The translations under genes and the position numbers were made by a program. The notes below the pieces were generated by a model that worked only from the letters and a program-made list of their open reading frames with translations, did no database searches and was not told the origin of the DNA. Shown one piece after another: positions 61,818 through 64,000 of a stretch of 64,000 bases of DNA (its first letter is position 1; every line of letters begins with the position of its first letter). The stretch comes from Pseudovirgaria hyperparasitica (Eukaryota), in the NCBI GenBank assembly GCA_010093815.1, contig ML996572.1, one strand, 5' to 3'.

Positions 61818-63693
61818 ATGGCCACTGATATTCGTACCTCGGAGCTCAAGGAGCCCGTAGATGTTGCTGAGGTTCGTCCTACTCTCGCTTGACCTCCAAC
61901 GTCAAGACTGAACTTTGTACAGTACCTTTTCCGACGCCTGCACCAAGTTGGCGTGCGATCAGTACATGGTGTCCCTGGGGACTACAACCTCGTTGCATTG
62001 GACTATATCCCCAAAAATGGTCTGAAATGGGTGGGAAATGTCAACGAGTTGAATGCAGGTCCGTGCTCGATATCCTTCAATTGCATGGATGGATACTCGT
62101 CTGACCTTGGCGTTCAGGCTACGCCGCCGATGGCTATGCGCGTGTAAAAGGAATCGCTGCAATTGTTACCACCTTTGGCGTAGGAGAGCTGTCGGCCGTT
62201 AACGCACTGGCCGGTGCGTACAGCGAATATGTTCCCGTTGTCCACATAGTCGGATGTCCTTCCACTGCTGCCCAGAAAGACGGTCTTCTTCTGCACCATA
62301 CTCTTGGAAATGGTGACTACTCCGTTTTTGCCAATATGTCTCGTCAAATCTCCTGCGCTGTCTCCATGCTCAATGATCCTTACGAAGCCGCAACTCTCAT
62401 CGACCATGCCATACAAGAGTGTTATATTAAAAGTAGACCGGTCTACATTTCTCTCCCCTCCGACATGGTCACGAAGAAGATTGAAGGCGCAAGGCTGAAC
62501 GCGCCGTTGAACCTGGACTTTCCAACCAATGATCAAGACAAGGAAAATTACGTTGTTGATGTTGTGATGAAGTACCTCGAAGCAGCTAAATCACCCTGCA
62601 TCGTCGTTGATGCCTGTTCCATAAGACACCGTGCTCTTGAGGAAGTCCACAAACTCGTTGCAACATCTGGCATACCTACCTTCGTTGCTCCAATGGGAAA
62701 AGGGGCAATTGATGAGACCCTACCAAATTATGGCGGGGTGTACGCTGGTGATGGGTCGAATGAGGGCGTGCAGAACTACGTTGAAAATTCCGACCTTGTT
62801 CTCAACATTGGTGCAATAAAGTCTGACTTCAACACTGCTGGTTTCACATATCGCATGTCGCAGCTCAAGTCCATCGACTTCCATAGTTACGGTGTATACG
62901 TTCGATACTCCGAATATCCTGGAGTGCGCATGAATGGTGTTCTGAGAAAGGTGGCCGAGAAGCTCGGAAAGTTCAACGTGACAGCCCCATTCCCTAAACC
63001 AAGCAATGCAATCCCAGCAGAAGAGAAACAAGACGACTCTGGCGTAATTAGCCACGCTTGGTTGTGGCCACGTCTGGGCCAATGGCTGCGTGAGGACGAT
63101 GTTATCATCACAGAAACAGGTTTGTACCCATCGGATGCCAGAGGTCACCATGATTGACGCGTATAGGCACAAGTAATTTTGGTATTTGGGAGACTAGGTT
63201 TCCAAAGAATGTCATCGCCATATCGCAGGTACTTTGGGGTAGTATTGGATATGCGACGGCAGCATGTCAAGGTGCCGCATTAGCTGCGCGAGAGACAGGC
63301 AAAAAGCGGACGATTCTGTTCACCGGTGACGGTAGCTTCCAACTCACTGCCCAAGAAGTGTCAACAATGATCCGAAATGAGTTGGACCCGATAATATTCG
63401 TGCTTTGTAACAAGGGGTACACCATCGAACGATTTATCCACGGATGGAAAGACGCGTACAATGACGTGCAAGAGTGGGATTATAAGGGCATTCCGGCGGC
63501 TTTCGGCTGTTCCCCAGAAAAGCACCAGACGTACCGAGTTAAGTCAAAGAAAGAGATTGACGACCTATTCAACGACCAGACCTTTTCTGACAGCAATAAG
63601 CTGAGATTCGTGGAGATTGTAATGGACTGGGACGATGCTCCAAGGGCCCTTAAATCAACTGCCGCTGCATCTGCTAAGAGAAATGAGGGATAG
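61818..63693 (+). CDS. PDC1: Pyruvate decarboxylase; introns 61872-61922, 62059-62117, 63120-63166
   Basis: [55 protein letters not shown], and thiamine diphosphate motif [19 protein letters not shown]. Confidence 0.95.
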
Positions 63694-64000
63694 ATGTAAG
63701 TATACGAATGAATGACAAACTTGACTCTGATCTTGAGCTGTTGACAACCTATGACATGGTCCCAAATCGCACAAAGAATGTACCATGCAAATCGAGTCCC
63801 TCCTGAGTGTAAGTGAACCTACCAATGCTGGGGGTTGTCTATCCACTAGCAGCCTCGAAAAATAAGTGAATCAACAATATCCGCGGCACGTGGCGCCACA
63901 TGACACTGTTTATAATTACAAGCTTGTTGTCTTTGCTTGTTCATCGTCGCGTAGCATAGCCTTGACTTGCCCACGCACACCGCACCTGGTTAATCTTAAA

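Overview
Filamentous ascomycete (Pezizomycotina-type) genomic DNA in two sharply separated compartments. (1) 1-~20,970 is an AT-rich block of nested Ty3/Gypsy chromovirus retrotransposons mutated by repeat-induced point mutation (RIP). It holds two copies of family A (+ strand), one full-length family B element (- strand, 5-bp TSD), a relic of a third element C, and an unmutated 152-bp solo LTR. Copy A1 and element B both inserted into the 5' LTR of copy A2. (2) ~21,000-64,000 is gene-rich and encodes a JJJ1/DNAJC21-type J-protein, RPS26, a CBS/PB1 protein, importin beta-3 (Kap121/Sal3), mitochondrial L49/Img2, eIF3e, a Q/N-rich conserved fungal protein, a secreted Ser/Pro/Thr-rich protein, an OTT_1508-like deaminase, a small membrane protein, the Bck1 MAPKKK and pyruvate decarboxylase, plus two minisatellites. 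The most notable observation: once RIP is reversed by eye, families A and B each carry a spliced antisense accessory gene between pol and the 3' LTR, encoding a Cys6 zinc-cluster-like motif, a basic segment and a C-terminal coiled coil. Relic C carries a similarly placed ORF with canonical Zn2Cys6 spacing. All calls come from manual reading; no searches were run.
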